A stretch of DNA of 30,061 nt from Candidatus Eiseniibacteriota bacterium (GTDB taxonomy: Bacteria; Arandabacterota; Arandabacteria; Arandabacterales; Arandabacteraceae): positions 1 through 30,061 of the forward strand of contig JBDRNT010000048.1 in the NCBI GenBank assembly GCA_043810925.1, given 5' to 3'. The position numbers were made by a program, and so were the translations under genes. Position 1 is the first letter of the stretch; the number at the start of each line of letters is the position of its first letter. The notes below the pieces were generated by a model. That model did no database searches. It saw nothing but the letters and a program-made list of their open reading frames with translations, and had not been told where the DNA came from. Shown one piece after another: positions 18,092-26,621 of the stretch.

Positions 18092-19138
18092 CTAGGGGGT
18101 TGGGGTTCCTTCGAGGCCCTCTGCATACTCAACTGTCGCGCCGGTACGCAGTTCCTGCATATATCCGGTCATCGCCTCGTTCTTTCTCTGGCCGTCAAGA
18201 TAGATTGTGATGCCGTCTTTGGCTTCATCGAGCGAGACTGTCCGCGCGTCTTCACGATCGGTGACCTTGATGATATGGTAGCCGAACTTGGTCTCAACCA
18301 GACCGCTTACCTCGCCGACTCCAAGGGAAAACGCAGCGTCCTCAAACGGTTTCACCATCTGGCCTCTCTGGAAGAAATCGAGATCTCCACCCTTCGCCTT
18401 GCTCGGACAGACGGAGTGTTGTGATGCCAACTGGGCAAAGTCCGCGCCGCCCTTAAGATCGGAAAGCAACTTCTCCGCCTCAGACTTCTTCAGACCCTTC
18501 TCCGCAGCCGTATCTTCGGGGTTGGTGCCGATCAGAATGTGGCTCGCTCTCACGCGCTCAGGCTGCTCGAAACGCTCTTTGTTCTCGTTATAGTATGCGG
18601 TCACCTCGGCATCGGTCACTTCCTCGACGTCACGGTTGCTCGTCAGAAGCTTCTCAACCCTGAGCGCGGTCAGCATCTCATCTCGAAGCTGCCCCTCCGA
18701 CATTCCGAGCATGGCAATTCTCTCGGTATAGGCCTCTTCCGAACCCGCCTGCTCCTTGATCTCTGCCATCCGTGTATCCACTTCATCATCTGTAACCACG
18801 ATGTCCTGGTCATCGATAGCTTGCTCAAGCAGCACCCGGCCGATGACGTTCTCTACCGCCTGCTTCTTGACGACATCTTTCATCCCTGCCATCTGCTGCG
18901 GGTCGACACGCCCTCCGAACTGCTGCATCAGCCGGCCTTCCTCTTCGGCGACCTCCTGATTGGTGATCACTCTTCCGTTGACCTTAGCCGCCATAGTCTG
19001 ATCCCCCATGCCGGGTGCCAGCTCCTTGGAGCCCCCGGTCGTTGTCGCATCATCCCGGCCTGTTTCCTCTTTCGAGCATCCGGCCAGGAAAGCCATGACC
19101 AGCACTGCGCCAAGCACTGCAATCATCGCTGTACGCAT
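18092..19138 (-). CDS. Parvulin-type peptidyl-prolyl isomerase lipoprotein (PrsA/SurA-like foldase)
   Basis: Lipobox LAGC; AKVNG..IT; SurA-N-like helices; ASHILI, F..LA..HS.CPS...GGDL.FF..GQMVKPFE.AAF, T.FGYHII; GGAGG RBS. Confidence 0.93.
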   Translation of the reverse strand: MRTAMIAVLGAVLVMAFLAGCSKEETGRDDATTTGGSKELAPGMGDQTMAAKVNGRVITNQEVAEEEGRLMQQFGGRVDPQQMAGMKDVVKKQAVENVIGRVLLEQAIDDQDIVVTDDEVDTRMAEIKEQAGSEEAYTERIAMLGMSEGQLRDEMLTALRVEKLLTSNRDVEEVTDAEVTAYYNENKERFEQPERVRASHILIGTNPEDTAAEKGLKKSEAEKLLSDLKGGADFAQLASQHSVCPSKAKGGDLDFFQRGQMVKPFEDAAFSLGVGEVSGLVETKFGYHIIKVTDREDARTVSLDEAKDGITIYLDGQRKNEAMTGYMQELRTGATVEYAEGLEGTPTP

Positions 19139-19258
19139 GATCTAAAAACCTCCGTGAGTAACGCACAAACAAAAGGAGCGCCAGCAAGGTAGACCGGCCG
19201 CCCCACTGTTTGATGCCTGTTTGCCCGGAATGGCCACATACCATCCAGGATTGTTCTT

Positions 19259-19287
19259 AAACTACCACTATCGGAGGCCTATGTCCA
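19259..19287 (-). promoter_or_regulatory. Candidate sigma70 promoter for the foldase gene
   Basis: TGGACA (19287-19282), 17 nt, TAGTTT (19264-19259) with extended TG. Confidence 0.45.
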
Positions 19288-19294
19288 GTTATTA

Positions 19295-19918
19295 TCAGCC
19301 TCCGTAGAGATCAGTCAGATCTTCTATTTCATCCAGCAAATCCTGCTGAAAGGTCTCCGAACCGGGGTCTACCGGTGTGCCGTCAGGCAGGGAATCGACC
19401 CAGGCATTCGCGGTCTCGAACTCCCCGTTTCCGCAGTAGCAGTGGGCCAGAATCACCATCAGGTCCTTCCAGTCAAAGTCCGTATCATGGCTGAAGGCGT
19501 ACCGGCGGGTTTTGGATAGTGCGGTCAAGCCGGAGGCTATGGCATTGTCGAAATGATCGGGGTCCGTATCATCATCCCGGTACACCGGTGTACGGCCGGC
19601 GTAGGGGTCCGCGGTGGTCATGCCGTGCGTGATCGCCAGAGCGAACTGAGCCAGCGCGGAGTCCAGCGAATCCATCTTGGCAAATGTCCAGCCCTGCCCG
19701 TTATGGGCGTCCGAATAGGTGTTATCCAGCGCGGTTGCCTCCTCGAACTTGTCAAGCGCTTCACTGTACCGGCTCTGCTCAAACAGGGTCCACCCCTCCG
19801 CGGTCAGTGATGCCGCCGTGGGTCCCCCGTTCCCGCCACCACCACCGTCTCCGCCACATCCGAAGAGAACTGCAAGCGAACACATACACACGATCAGGAC
19901 TTGGGCTCTCATCATCAT
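19295..19918 (-). CDS. TPR-containing lipoprotein, function unknown
   Basis: Lipobox LFGC followed by a Gly linker; TPR-like helices (GW..FE...Y..A...F..A; AHNG.GW); GGAGG RBS; 6 nt downstream of the preceding gene. Confidence 0.8.
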   Translation of the reverse strand: MMMRAQVLIVCMCSLAVLFGCGGDGGGGGNGGPTAASLTAEGWTLFEQSRYSEALDKFEEATALDNTYSDAHNGQGWTFAKMDSLDSALAQFALAITHGMTTADPYAGRTPVYRDDDTDPDHFDNAIASGLTALSKTRRYAFSHDTDFDWKDLMVILAHCYCGNGEFETANAWVDSLPDGTPVDPGSETFQQDLLDEIEDLTDLYGG

Positions 19919-19924
19919 TACCTC

Positions 19925-22099
19925 CTAACGAAGGTTTATCATCTTCTTAGTTATCATCTTTGAGCCGTACACGACTCTATAGAAATATACCCCACTTGCT
20001 ACGCTTCGACCACCCGCGTCACAACCGTTCCACTCGATCCGGTGTCTCCCGGGGATCACGTAGCCATCGAATAGACGCTGTACCAGCCTGCCATCTATTG
20101 AGATTACATCGGCATGGATCTGTCCCGCACCTGGAACCTCAAAGGTAATCACTGTAGAGCCTGTAAACGGGTTCGGGATGTTCTGGAGGACCACAAAGTC
20201 CCCGGCGCCGTACGTTGGTGTTATAACATCGGGTCTTCTCAGCAGGCCGTACGTGCCAAAGCGGTCGACATAGGCAATCACCCGTGCCGTCTCGGGATCA
20301 AGGTAAGACTCAACCGGACTCATCCCCTTTTCGTCCAGCCTGGCAATAGAGAGGTACTCCGGCTCCCTCGTGGTATCCGGATATGCGATAGTGATCTCAA
20401 CAAGATCGTCCAGATTGAGCCCCGCAGGGAATATCTCGTAGACCTTTCCTGTGGCCGGCTCAGCCGCCACGGTATCGAATATCAGCACATAGGTGTCCTT
20501 CGAGATCACATTGCTACGAACACTCAGATTGCACAGCCCGTCCACGCTTGCGGTGATCCCGCCGCTGGAGGCAAGAAGCAATGCCGATGAGAAGCTGCGG
20601 TCGGCCTCTCCCAAGAGGGAATTCATGTCCATTGCCTCGGCATGTATAGAGACTGCACCGGTGCAACAAAGATCGTAGTCACCCCTCCAGACGTTCGCGT
20701 CAACATCGACAAGTTCCATCTCGAGCGTATCACCGGCAACCTCACAGTGGACACTCGATTCAATCAGCGGTTCTGATCCGACGACGTAAACATCAAGATG
20801 ATTCGTGATGTATGGGTTCTGAAACACCGATATCGAGAGCTCCGGCGGTATCTGGTCCTCCGGCGTCGCATCATCGGTGACCGCAGTTGAGTAATTGGGG
20901 ACTTCATCATATGTGAAGACCGAGTAATAGTGAAGCACACCACTCGGCAGGCCGGTATGTATGAAATCGTAGACCGTCACCGGATCGCCCGGGAACATGC
21001 CGCTCGCACCGTTTTCGACAGCAGTGCCTGAGGTCGGCGTACTTGGATAGGTCGATGTCGAATACCTTATGAGCGCTCCCACCAAGTCACTGTCATCGGG
21101 GGTCGCCCACTCGAGCTCAACCGAACCGTCCATAAGCGGGGTCGCCGTAAATATGCTCACCGGAAGTGGTGGGATTACGTCGTTCGGAGTCATTGTAACC
21201 TGCGTTGCTGTCGCGTAGTTCGGCACTTCATCTGCGGCGAACGCAGAGTAGTAGTAAACCTGGCCGTTCGTGAGCCCGGTGTGCGCAAAACTGTCCGCGC
21301 TTGCAGCCGGGCCGTGGAACTCCCCATCCGACCCGTTCTCTATGGCGGCGCCCTCCCCCGGACCCGCTGGATAGGCAGTCGTGGAGTACCGCAAAAGGGT
21401 ATGATCGAAATCGGCGTCGGCGGGATTCGTCCACCTGAGGGTAAGCATGCCGTCGCCCGCCTCCGCTGTCAGCGCAAGGACTGAAGCCGGAGGTACTCCA
21501 TCAAAGGGAGTAGCGCTGTCACTTAAGCCTGTTGCGTAATTGACTGAATTGTCGAATGCAAAAGCCGTGTAGTAGTATGTCGTGCCGTTGGTGAGGCCAC
21601 CGTGGGTATAGCTCCCAACCGAGCCCGCCGCGCCGTAGAACTTGCCCGACTGACCGTTCTCGACCGCATCTCCATCGGCGGCCGTGGCGGGATACGCGAT
21701 TTCGGAGTAGCGGATGAGTGTCCCCGCAAAGTCCGCGTCGGATGGGTTTGTCCACCCGAGATCTATGGCTGTGTCGAGCGGCATGGCCGTGAAGATTGCG
21801 ACCGCAGACGGTGGAATCGTGTCCGCCGGTACAGCTTCACCTGTACCCACAGATCCCCAGAAACCGTCATGCAATTCCAGCGTGGAACCCGCGGCCACGG
21901 GCCCCACAGGACCCTGACCAAACGTATCATGGATCACAAACGAGGTTGACTGGCTCTCACCCCCGCCACCGCTTATGACATCCTGGGGAACGGCCGTTCC
22001 CGCCAGCACGGGCGCGGGCCGCGCAAGGTAGGGGATCAAACAGAGTGCGATCAGGACCAACGATGACCGCCTCGTAAACAGGTTAAGGTCGTGCATCAT
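19925..22099 (-). CDS. Secreted protein: N-terminal GGGG/GFW module, three FN3-like repeats, C-terminal FlgD-Ig (T9SS-CTD-like) domain
   Basis: Signal peptide; three 107-108 aa repeats; QN.PNPF...T.I.F...G.LV..L.......G.H...WNG.D..G..VASGVYFYR C-terminus; GGAGGG RBS. Confidence 0.85.
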   Translation of the reverse strand: MMHDLNLFTRRSSLVLIALCLIPYLARPAPVLAGTAVPQDVISGGGGESQSTSFVIHDTFGQGPVGPVAAGSTLELHDGFWGSVGTGEAVPADTIPPSAVAIFTAMPLDTAIDLGWTNPSDADFAGTLIRYSEIAYPATAADGDAVENGQSGKFYGAAGSVGSYTHGGLTNGTTYYYTAFAFDNSVNYATGLSDSATPFDGVPPASVLALTAEAGDGMLTLRWTNPADADFDHTLLRYSTTAYPAGPGEGAAIENGSDGEFHGPAASADSFAHTGLTNGQVYYYSAFAADEVPNYATATQVTMTPNDVIPPLPVSIFTATPLMDGSVELEWATPDDSDLVGALIRYSTSTYPSTPTSGTAVENGASGMFPGDPVTVYDFIHTGLPSGVLHYYSVFTYDEVPNYSTAVTDDATPEDQIPPELSISVFQNPYITNHLDVYVVGSEPLIESSVHCEVAGDTLEMELVDVDANVWRGDYDLCCTGAVSIHAEAMDMNSLLGEADRSFSSALLLASSGGITASVDGLCNLSVRSNVISKDTYVLIFDTVAAEPATGKVYEIFPAGLNLDDLVEITIAYPDTTREPEYLSIARLDEKGMSPVESYLDPETARVIAYVDRFGTYGLLRRPDVITPTYGAGDFVVLQNIPNPFTGSTVITFEVPGAGQIHADVISIDGRLVQRLFDGYVIPGRHRIEWNGCDAGGRSVASGVYFYRVVYGSKMITKKMINLR
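20858..21823 (-). repeat. Three tandem intragenic FN3-like repeats (321, 321 and 324 bp)
   Basis: Units start at 21823, 21502 and 21181, each reading D..PP..V...TA...D....L.W..P.D.D....L.RYS...YP.....G.A.ENG..G.F.G.........H.GL..G...YY..F..D...NY. Confidence 0.88.
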
Positions 22100-22148
22100 C
22101 TTACCCTCCGTCGAAGGTCACTTAATTGTCCGTCTTCGGATCGCATTG

Positions 22149-24329
22149 CTATTCATTCCCCATCTGAACAGGCTCAACCACAGGTGCGATCACAGGCTCA
22201 ATCTGCGACATCTCTTTGGCCTCGGGCAGCATCTCGGCTTGCTCAAAGCGCAGGCTTTCGCGACCCGTCCGCTTGGCCACCACCCTGTAGTCAAAGGTAG
22301 CGTTGGCGTTCTTGGCATCCTCCCCTGCTACGAGAACGTCGAATCCGGTTGTGCCCTTTGATATGTAGTACTGGTTCACAAGCGGTGAGGTGAGTTCGAT
22401 AAAGACCTTGAGCGGATGGGCCGCCTTGACCGCGACACACTCAAGGTAGAGCGGATCGAGATCTACATGACCGACACCATCTATGATCTCGCCGCTTCCG
22501 TAGTCGTCGATCCAGGGCTCCGGGCTCACCGAGGACACAAGGGTCCGGTTACCCTTCGACGTCGGCATCACTAACGCGACTCCGCCATCGCCAAAGACAT
22601 CGTACTGCGCCCCGCCGCTACGACGATAGCAAATATAGGTATAGTTGGTGGTACCTATGTAGGCGTGAATAGCCTTCTGCTCGCCATTATCGGCCCGATT
22701 CGCCCTGATATGGGCCCCAATATCATAGCCTGCACAGGCCAAACCCTGGCCATCTGTATAGTACGTCACCCCCTGACCTTCGCCGCTGACCCAGAGCCCC
22801 GTTCCGGTAGTATTCGAGTTATTGAACCAGCCTGTTTTTTGGCCGGTACTTGCTGAAGTCATGGCAACGAGCACCCCGGTCACATCCACATTCCCGGTCA
22901 TACTTGTATTCCCGGTCACCTCCACGTCGCCAACCACGTCGAGCGGGGCACTCGGGCTGAACGTGCCTATGCCGATATTGCCGGTCGAATGCTGTATCGT
23001 GAGATCATCCCTGTTGGTTGTTCCACCGCTTATCGATGCCCAGTTGGTGCCGCTGCCAAGGAATAGCCGGTAGTCGGTGGCATCGCTTCCGAGCTCGACG
23101 ATTTCCGACCACTCAGCCGCAGGCACCTCGATATCCAGATCGCTTGAAGGACTCGTCTCATTTATCCCCACCCGCTTCGTTCCCGTGTCAAACCGGATCC
23201 AGTCGGCGCCTCCATCCGCCCGGACGTATACATCGTCATCCGGCTGGAGATAGAGATCGTCATCAGCAGTCACATAAAGATCATCCGATGCTTCGTAAAT
23301 CTCCGTGTTGGTATCCCCGAATTCGACGTCCCCGCCGGCATCGAGTCTGACATTGCCCGCAACATGAAGTTTTTCCGCAGGCGAGGTTGTCCCGATCCCC
23401 ACATCCCCGTCGCTTTCAACCGTAACCCTGTCTGCATTGCCGACACCCAGCTTCATCTTGTCTGTCGTGTGGTCGTAGGTCAACCATCCCGCGTTGGCAT
23501 CAGCGGGGTCGCCAAAGTCAATCCCGGCAGACTTGTTGCTGGGGGTGAGCATGTTGATACGCGCATTGCCGTCATCTTCTATCACGAGCTCCGCGGCATC
23601 AACCGATGTCACCGTCCCCGCCGAACCGTCATAGACGTGAAGCAGCCGTTCGGCCTGAGTGGTCCCCACACCCGTGTAGCCACTGGCGTTCACATAGACT
23701 ACGTTCTCGGGTGTGCCGTCATCCGCATCCAGCGAATGCCCGTCGCCTGCGCCTCCACCACCATCATCAACACCGTCTGCAAAACCAGCAGGCACGCCGT
23801 TTAAGTTGTTCCAATGTACCGCATTCAAACCCGTGTTGGGATCGGAGCCATCCGAGGTACTAAGCTCAGTCTCGGTGTAGTAGCGATCATCATGAGTGTG
23901 GCCTACGAGCGAGTAGGAATCCGAGTGAAGCCCGCCGAGGCTGTCGGAATCCATCGAATGAAACGCATACGGTGCGCTCACCAGCTCCCTGCGCGGCTCA
24001 AGGATCTCAGTATTCACCTCTATCTCAAGCCACAGGCGTCCATCGAACGCTATGTCTATGGGTGTCACGCTACCCAGGATCGCAGCTACCACGCCCGTGG
24101 TATCGGCTGTCACCGCCTGCTCCTCACTCCACAGGTGGGTCCCTAAGTTCGCAACATCATAGATCCTGAATTTCATCGTGTGCGCACCCGGTCGCGGTTC
24201 ACCTGTAACGCTGTCAACAAGGCGACCCTGGTAGTTGATCCTGTGGGGTATCGCTGCCAGACTTATTGCCGCTGCCAGTGACATGAGACAAATGAGCACA
24301 CAACCTATACACAGCAACTGCTTACGCAT
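22149..24329 (-). CDS. Secreted phage-tail-fibre-like protein (YQGRL N-domain, VGIG repeats, chaperone-like C-domain)
   Basis: GGAGGG RBS before ATG 24329; signal peptide; IP..INYQGRL, SAPYA, HTHDDRYY; four [VIT]G[IV][GN]......L.[VI] repeats; C-terminal SPE.W..DYG.G....G...V.LDP...FDYRVVAKR. Confidence 0.8.
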   Translation of the reverse strand: MRKQLLCIGCVLICLMSLAAAISLAAIPHRINYQGRLVDSVTGEPRPGAHTMKFRIYDVANLGTHLWSEEQAVTADTTGVVAAILGSVTPIDIAFDGRLWLEIEVNTEILEPRRELVSAPYAFHSMDSDSLGGLHSDSYSLVGHTHDDRYYTETELSTSDGSDPNTGLNAVHWNNLNGVPAGFADGVDDGGGGAGDGHSLDADDGTPENVVYVNASGYTGVGTTQAERLLHVYDGSAGTVTSVDAAELVIEDDGNARINMLTPSNKSAGIDFGDPADANAGWLTYDHTTDKMKLGVGNADRVTVESDGDVGIGTTSPAEKLHVAGNVRLDAGGDVEFGDTNTEIYEASDDLYVTADDDLYLQPDDDVYVRADGGADWIRFDTGTKRVGINETSPSSDLDIEVPAAEWSEIVELGSDATDYRLFLGSGTNWASISGGTTNRDDLTIQHSTGNIGIGTFSPSAPLDVVGDVEVTGNTSMTGNVDVTGVLVAMTSASTGQKTGWFNNSNTTGTGLWVSGEGQGVTYYTDGQGLACAGYDIGAHIRANRADNGEQKAIHAYIGTTNYTYICYRRSGGAQYDVFGDGGVALVMPTSKGNRTLVSSVSPEPWIDDYGSGEIIDGVGHVDLDPLYLECVAVKAAHPLKVFIELTSPLVNQYYISKGTTGFDVLVAGEDAKNANATFDYRVVAKRTGRESLRFEQAEMLPEAKEMSQIEPVIAPVVEPVQMGNE

Positions 24330-24402
24330 TTCGCTCCCTCCTTCTGGTCGGGTCCGACACATCCTTGTGTACGAAGCGCCCTGCCTCGTACGCGGCGGGG
24401 TC

Positions 24403-24432
24403 ATCCTATCACATCCGGGCAGAACACGTCAA
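24403..24432 (-). promoter_or_regulatory. Candidate sigma70 promoter for the fibre operon
   Basis: TTGACG (24432-24427), 18 nt, TAGGAT (24408-24403) with extended TG. Confidence 0.45.
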
Positions 24433-24536
24433 ATACGTGAAGTCCCGATGCGACCAGCGCCTCGGCCATGCTACCACCGGCCAGCGCTGCCGTCAAACAT
24501 GTCTTCGCGGTCCACGGTACGCCGGTGGAATTGGCT

Positions 24537-24566
24537 TTGCCCAAAGAGACCCCTTTTCGGTATGCT
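24537..24566 (+). promoter_or_regulatory. Candidate promoter for the second methyltransferase
   Basis: TTGCCC (24537-24542), 18 nt, TATGCT (24561-24566). Confidence 0.3.
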
Positions 24567-24573
24567 TGTCCGT

Positions 24574-25272
24574 ATGGGACCTGGAAAGAAAAGCGGGATG
24601 CCTGAGTACTATCGCACAACCTACGAGAGCTGGTACGGGTGGTTGTCGTACGTTTACGACCCATTTGTACGATCCATGCTCTTTCTCATAAACGGCGGCT
24701 TCGGCGGCGAAAGGAGACTGCGCCAGCAGGCGATTGACTGGCTCGCTCCCGGTTCTGGAGAGAGAATACTGGATATCTGCTCAGGGACCGGGACCTTGAC
24801 CATTATGATCGGGAAACAGATGGCCGGTCAGGGCGAGGTTGTCGGGGTTGAAGTCTCACCAGCCCAGTTGAGAGTCGCCCGCAAGAAGCGAAGACCTGCG
24901 GGAGTATCCTTCGTGCAGGCCGATGCCCAGGATATTCCCCTCCCGGACGCCGGCTTTGACAAAGCGATCATCTTCGGGGCTCTTCACGAATTGCCCCGCG
25001 AGGTACGGCGTAAAGTGTTATCGGAAGCCTTCAGGGTACTCAAACCTTCCGGCGGGCTGGTGGTCACCGAGCATAACAACCCCGACAGCAAGTGGAAGAG
25101 ATCGATCTTTGCCTTCGGCGAACGGTTCAACCCGGAGTATCCGACTTATAAGGATATGCTCGAATGTGGCGTTTTAACCGAAATCGAGAATGCGGGATTC
25201 AGGGTGATCAAGACCCGCACCGCCGCATGGGATTTCTTCCAGACCATCCTTGCGCAGAAGCAGGTTAGATGA
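24574..25272 (+). CDS. UbiE-like class I SAM-dependent methyltransferase
   Basis: ILDICSGTG, VVGVEVS, DAQDIP.PD..FD, ALHE, RVLKP.G. The ORF-track N-terminus overlaps the divergent gene, so the start is placed at ATG 24574 (24598 is possible). Confidence 0.88.
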   Translation: MGPGKKSGMPEYYRTTYESWYGWLSYVYDPFVRSMLFLINGGFGGERRLRQQAIDWLAPGSGERILDICSGTGTLTIMIGKQMAGQGEVVGVEVSPAQLRVARKKRRPAGVSFVQADAQDIPLPDAGFDKAIIFGALHELPREVRRKVLSEAFRVLKPSGGLVVTEHNNPDSKWKRSIFAFGERFNPEYPTYKDMLECGVLTEIENAGFRVIKTRTAAWDFFQTILAQKQVR

Positions 25273-25382
25273 GATACTAAAGTGCTGCTTGCGGCATCTA
25301 ATACTGAGTGGGTGAACCACACACGAGCGTACGCAAATAACTGAGACGGATTACCGAAGACAGACGAAAGGAGAGCGTGACA

Positions 25383-25898
25383 ATGTTAGGTGAGAAAACC
25401 GCCCAGGCCATGAAAACCGCGATCGAGATGGAGAAATCGGGCCACAGGTTCTTCACTGAAGCTGCGGAGAAGGTCAGCCACGAGGTCGGGCGAAAACTGT
25501 TCACAAGACTTGCCGCCGAGGAAATCGTACACAAGCGGACATTCGAGAAGATATTCACTGCCGTTTCAGGCGGGACAGACTGGAAAGAGGCTGTGGCCTC
25601 CGTTGAGCCCTCCAGGAGCGTCCCTTACTTCGACGATGCGCGTAAGCAGTTCAAAGCCGAGGACCAGGCCGTGGAGCTGGACTACCTCAAGAAAGCCCTC
25701 GACCTTGAACGCGATGCGATGCAGTTCTTTGAGAAGGCAATGGCCGAAGCCGAGAGCCCGGAAGCCCGGGACATCTTTGAGCGGATCCTCGGGGAGGAGC
25801 AGGGACACTATGATCTACTCCAGGCCGAGATAGACAGCATAAACGGCTCAGGCTTCTGGTTTGACGTTCAGGAATTTCAGATGGATAGCAAATTTTAG
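25383..25898 (+). CDS. Ferritin-like / rubrerythrin-family diiron protein without a rubredoxin domain
   Basis: Duplicated A...E.....FF...A......R..F......E..H (EEIVH, EEQGH); AAGGAG RBS. Confidence 0.9.
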   Translation: MLGEKTAQAMKTAIEMEKSGHRFFTEAAEKVSHEVGRKLFTRLAAEEIVHKRTFEKIFTAVSGGTDWKEAVASVEPSRSVPYFDDARKQFKAEDQAVELDYLKKALDLERDAMQFFEKAMAEAESPEARDIFERILGEEQGHYDLLQAEIDSINGSGFWFDVQEFQMDSKF

Positions 25899-25908
25899 GA
25901 GCCTAACC

Positions 25909-26166
25909 ATGCAAAAGCAAAAACCCGTGAAGATGTATACCTTGAGCACATGCAGTCACTGCGCAGCCGCCAAGAGGTTTCTTGACGAGTCGGGCGTGGA
26001 CTACGACTTCACCGATGTGGATCTGCTGGGCTCCCTGGAGAAGGCCGCCGCCCTGGAGGAAATGAAGAAGTATAACCCCGGATGCACTTTTCCCACGCTC
26101 GTAATTGGAGACAGGGTCATCATCGGCAACCGCCAGGATGAAATCAAGGAGGCCCTCGGACTGTGA
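25909..26166 (+). CDS. Glutaredoxin (NrdH/YruB-like)
   Basis: YTLSTCSHC active site; cis-Pro motif TFPT; AGGAG RBS before ATG 25909. Confidence 0.92.
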   Translation: MQKQKPVKMYTLSTCSHCAAAKRFLDESGVDYDFTDVDLLGSLEKAAALEEMKKYNPGCTFPTLVIGDRVIIGNRQDEIKEALGL

Positions 26167-26501
26167 AGGAGAGTGTCAGGGACCTCCATGATCTGCTTAA
26201 GAAGGCCCAGGAGCCCAAGAGCTATTTCTTCAACAAGGACCCGGACAGAACATCTGAGATCCTCGAGGCCCTCGTCACCAACCGGGATCGATACGGTTAT
26301 ATGTGCTGTCCGTGCAGATTGGCTTCCGGAGACCGTGAGCGGGACAGAGATATCATCTGTCCCTGCGCATACCGGGAGCCTGACGTAAAGGAATACGGGA
26401 GCTGCTACTGCAACCTCTACGTCTCCCAGGCGTGGAACGAAGACCGAGTCCCTCACACGCAGGTCCCCGAGCGCCGCCCGCCCGAAAAGGCAGGATTTTA
26501 G
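26163..26501 (+). CDS. ftrC: Ferredoxin-thioredoxin reductase catalytic subunit-like protein
   Basis: YG..CCPCRL, ICPC, G.CYC.LYV; GTGA overlap with the glutaredoxin stop. Confidence 0.92.
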   Translation: MKESVRDLHDLLKKAQEPKSYFFNKDPDRTSEILEALVTNRDRYGYMCCPCRLASGDRERDRDIICPCAYREPDVKEYGSCYCNLYVSQAWNEDRVPHTQVPERRPPEKAGF

Positions 26502-26621
26502 CCTCAAAAGGCGAAACTTATCGACTATAAGCGTAAACACTGCTAAAGATACACCATCGTTCAGTCGACTTAATAAGTATCGGTGAAACATGAAGATCCA
26601 TGCATCGCGCACGGAGGTCAA

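Noticed and set aside
22149-24329. Prophage interpretation of the fibre-like gene
   Set aside because: The protein has a Sec signal peptide, and no capsid, terminase, tail or lysis genes are present.
24235-24573. Long N-terminal extension of the methyltransferase ORF, and of the fibre ORF to 24404
   Set aside because: The two extensions overlap each other and the divergent promoter region; an RBS-supported start (fibre) and better-placed ATGs (methyltransferase) exist downstream.
26517-26580. Imperfect direct repeat TCGACT(T)A(A)TAAG upstream of ppsA
   Set aside because: Only two short imperfect copies in an AT-rich promoter region; not distinguishable from chance and not CRISPR-like.
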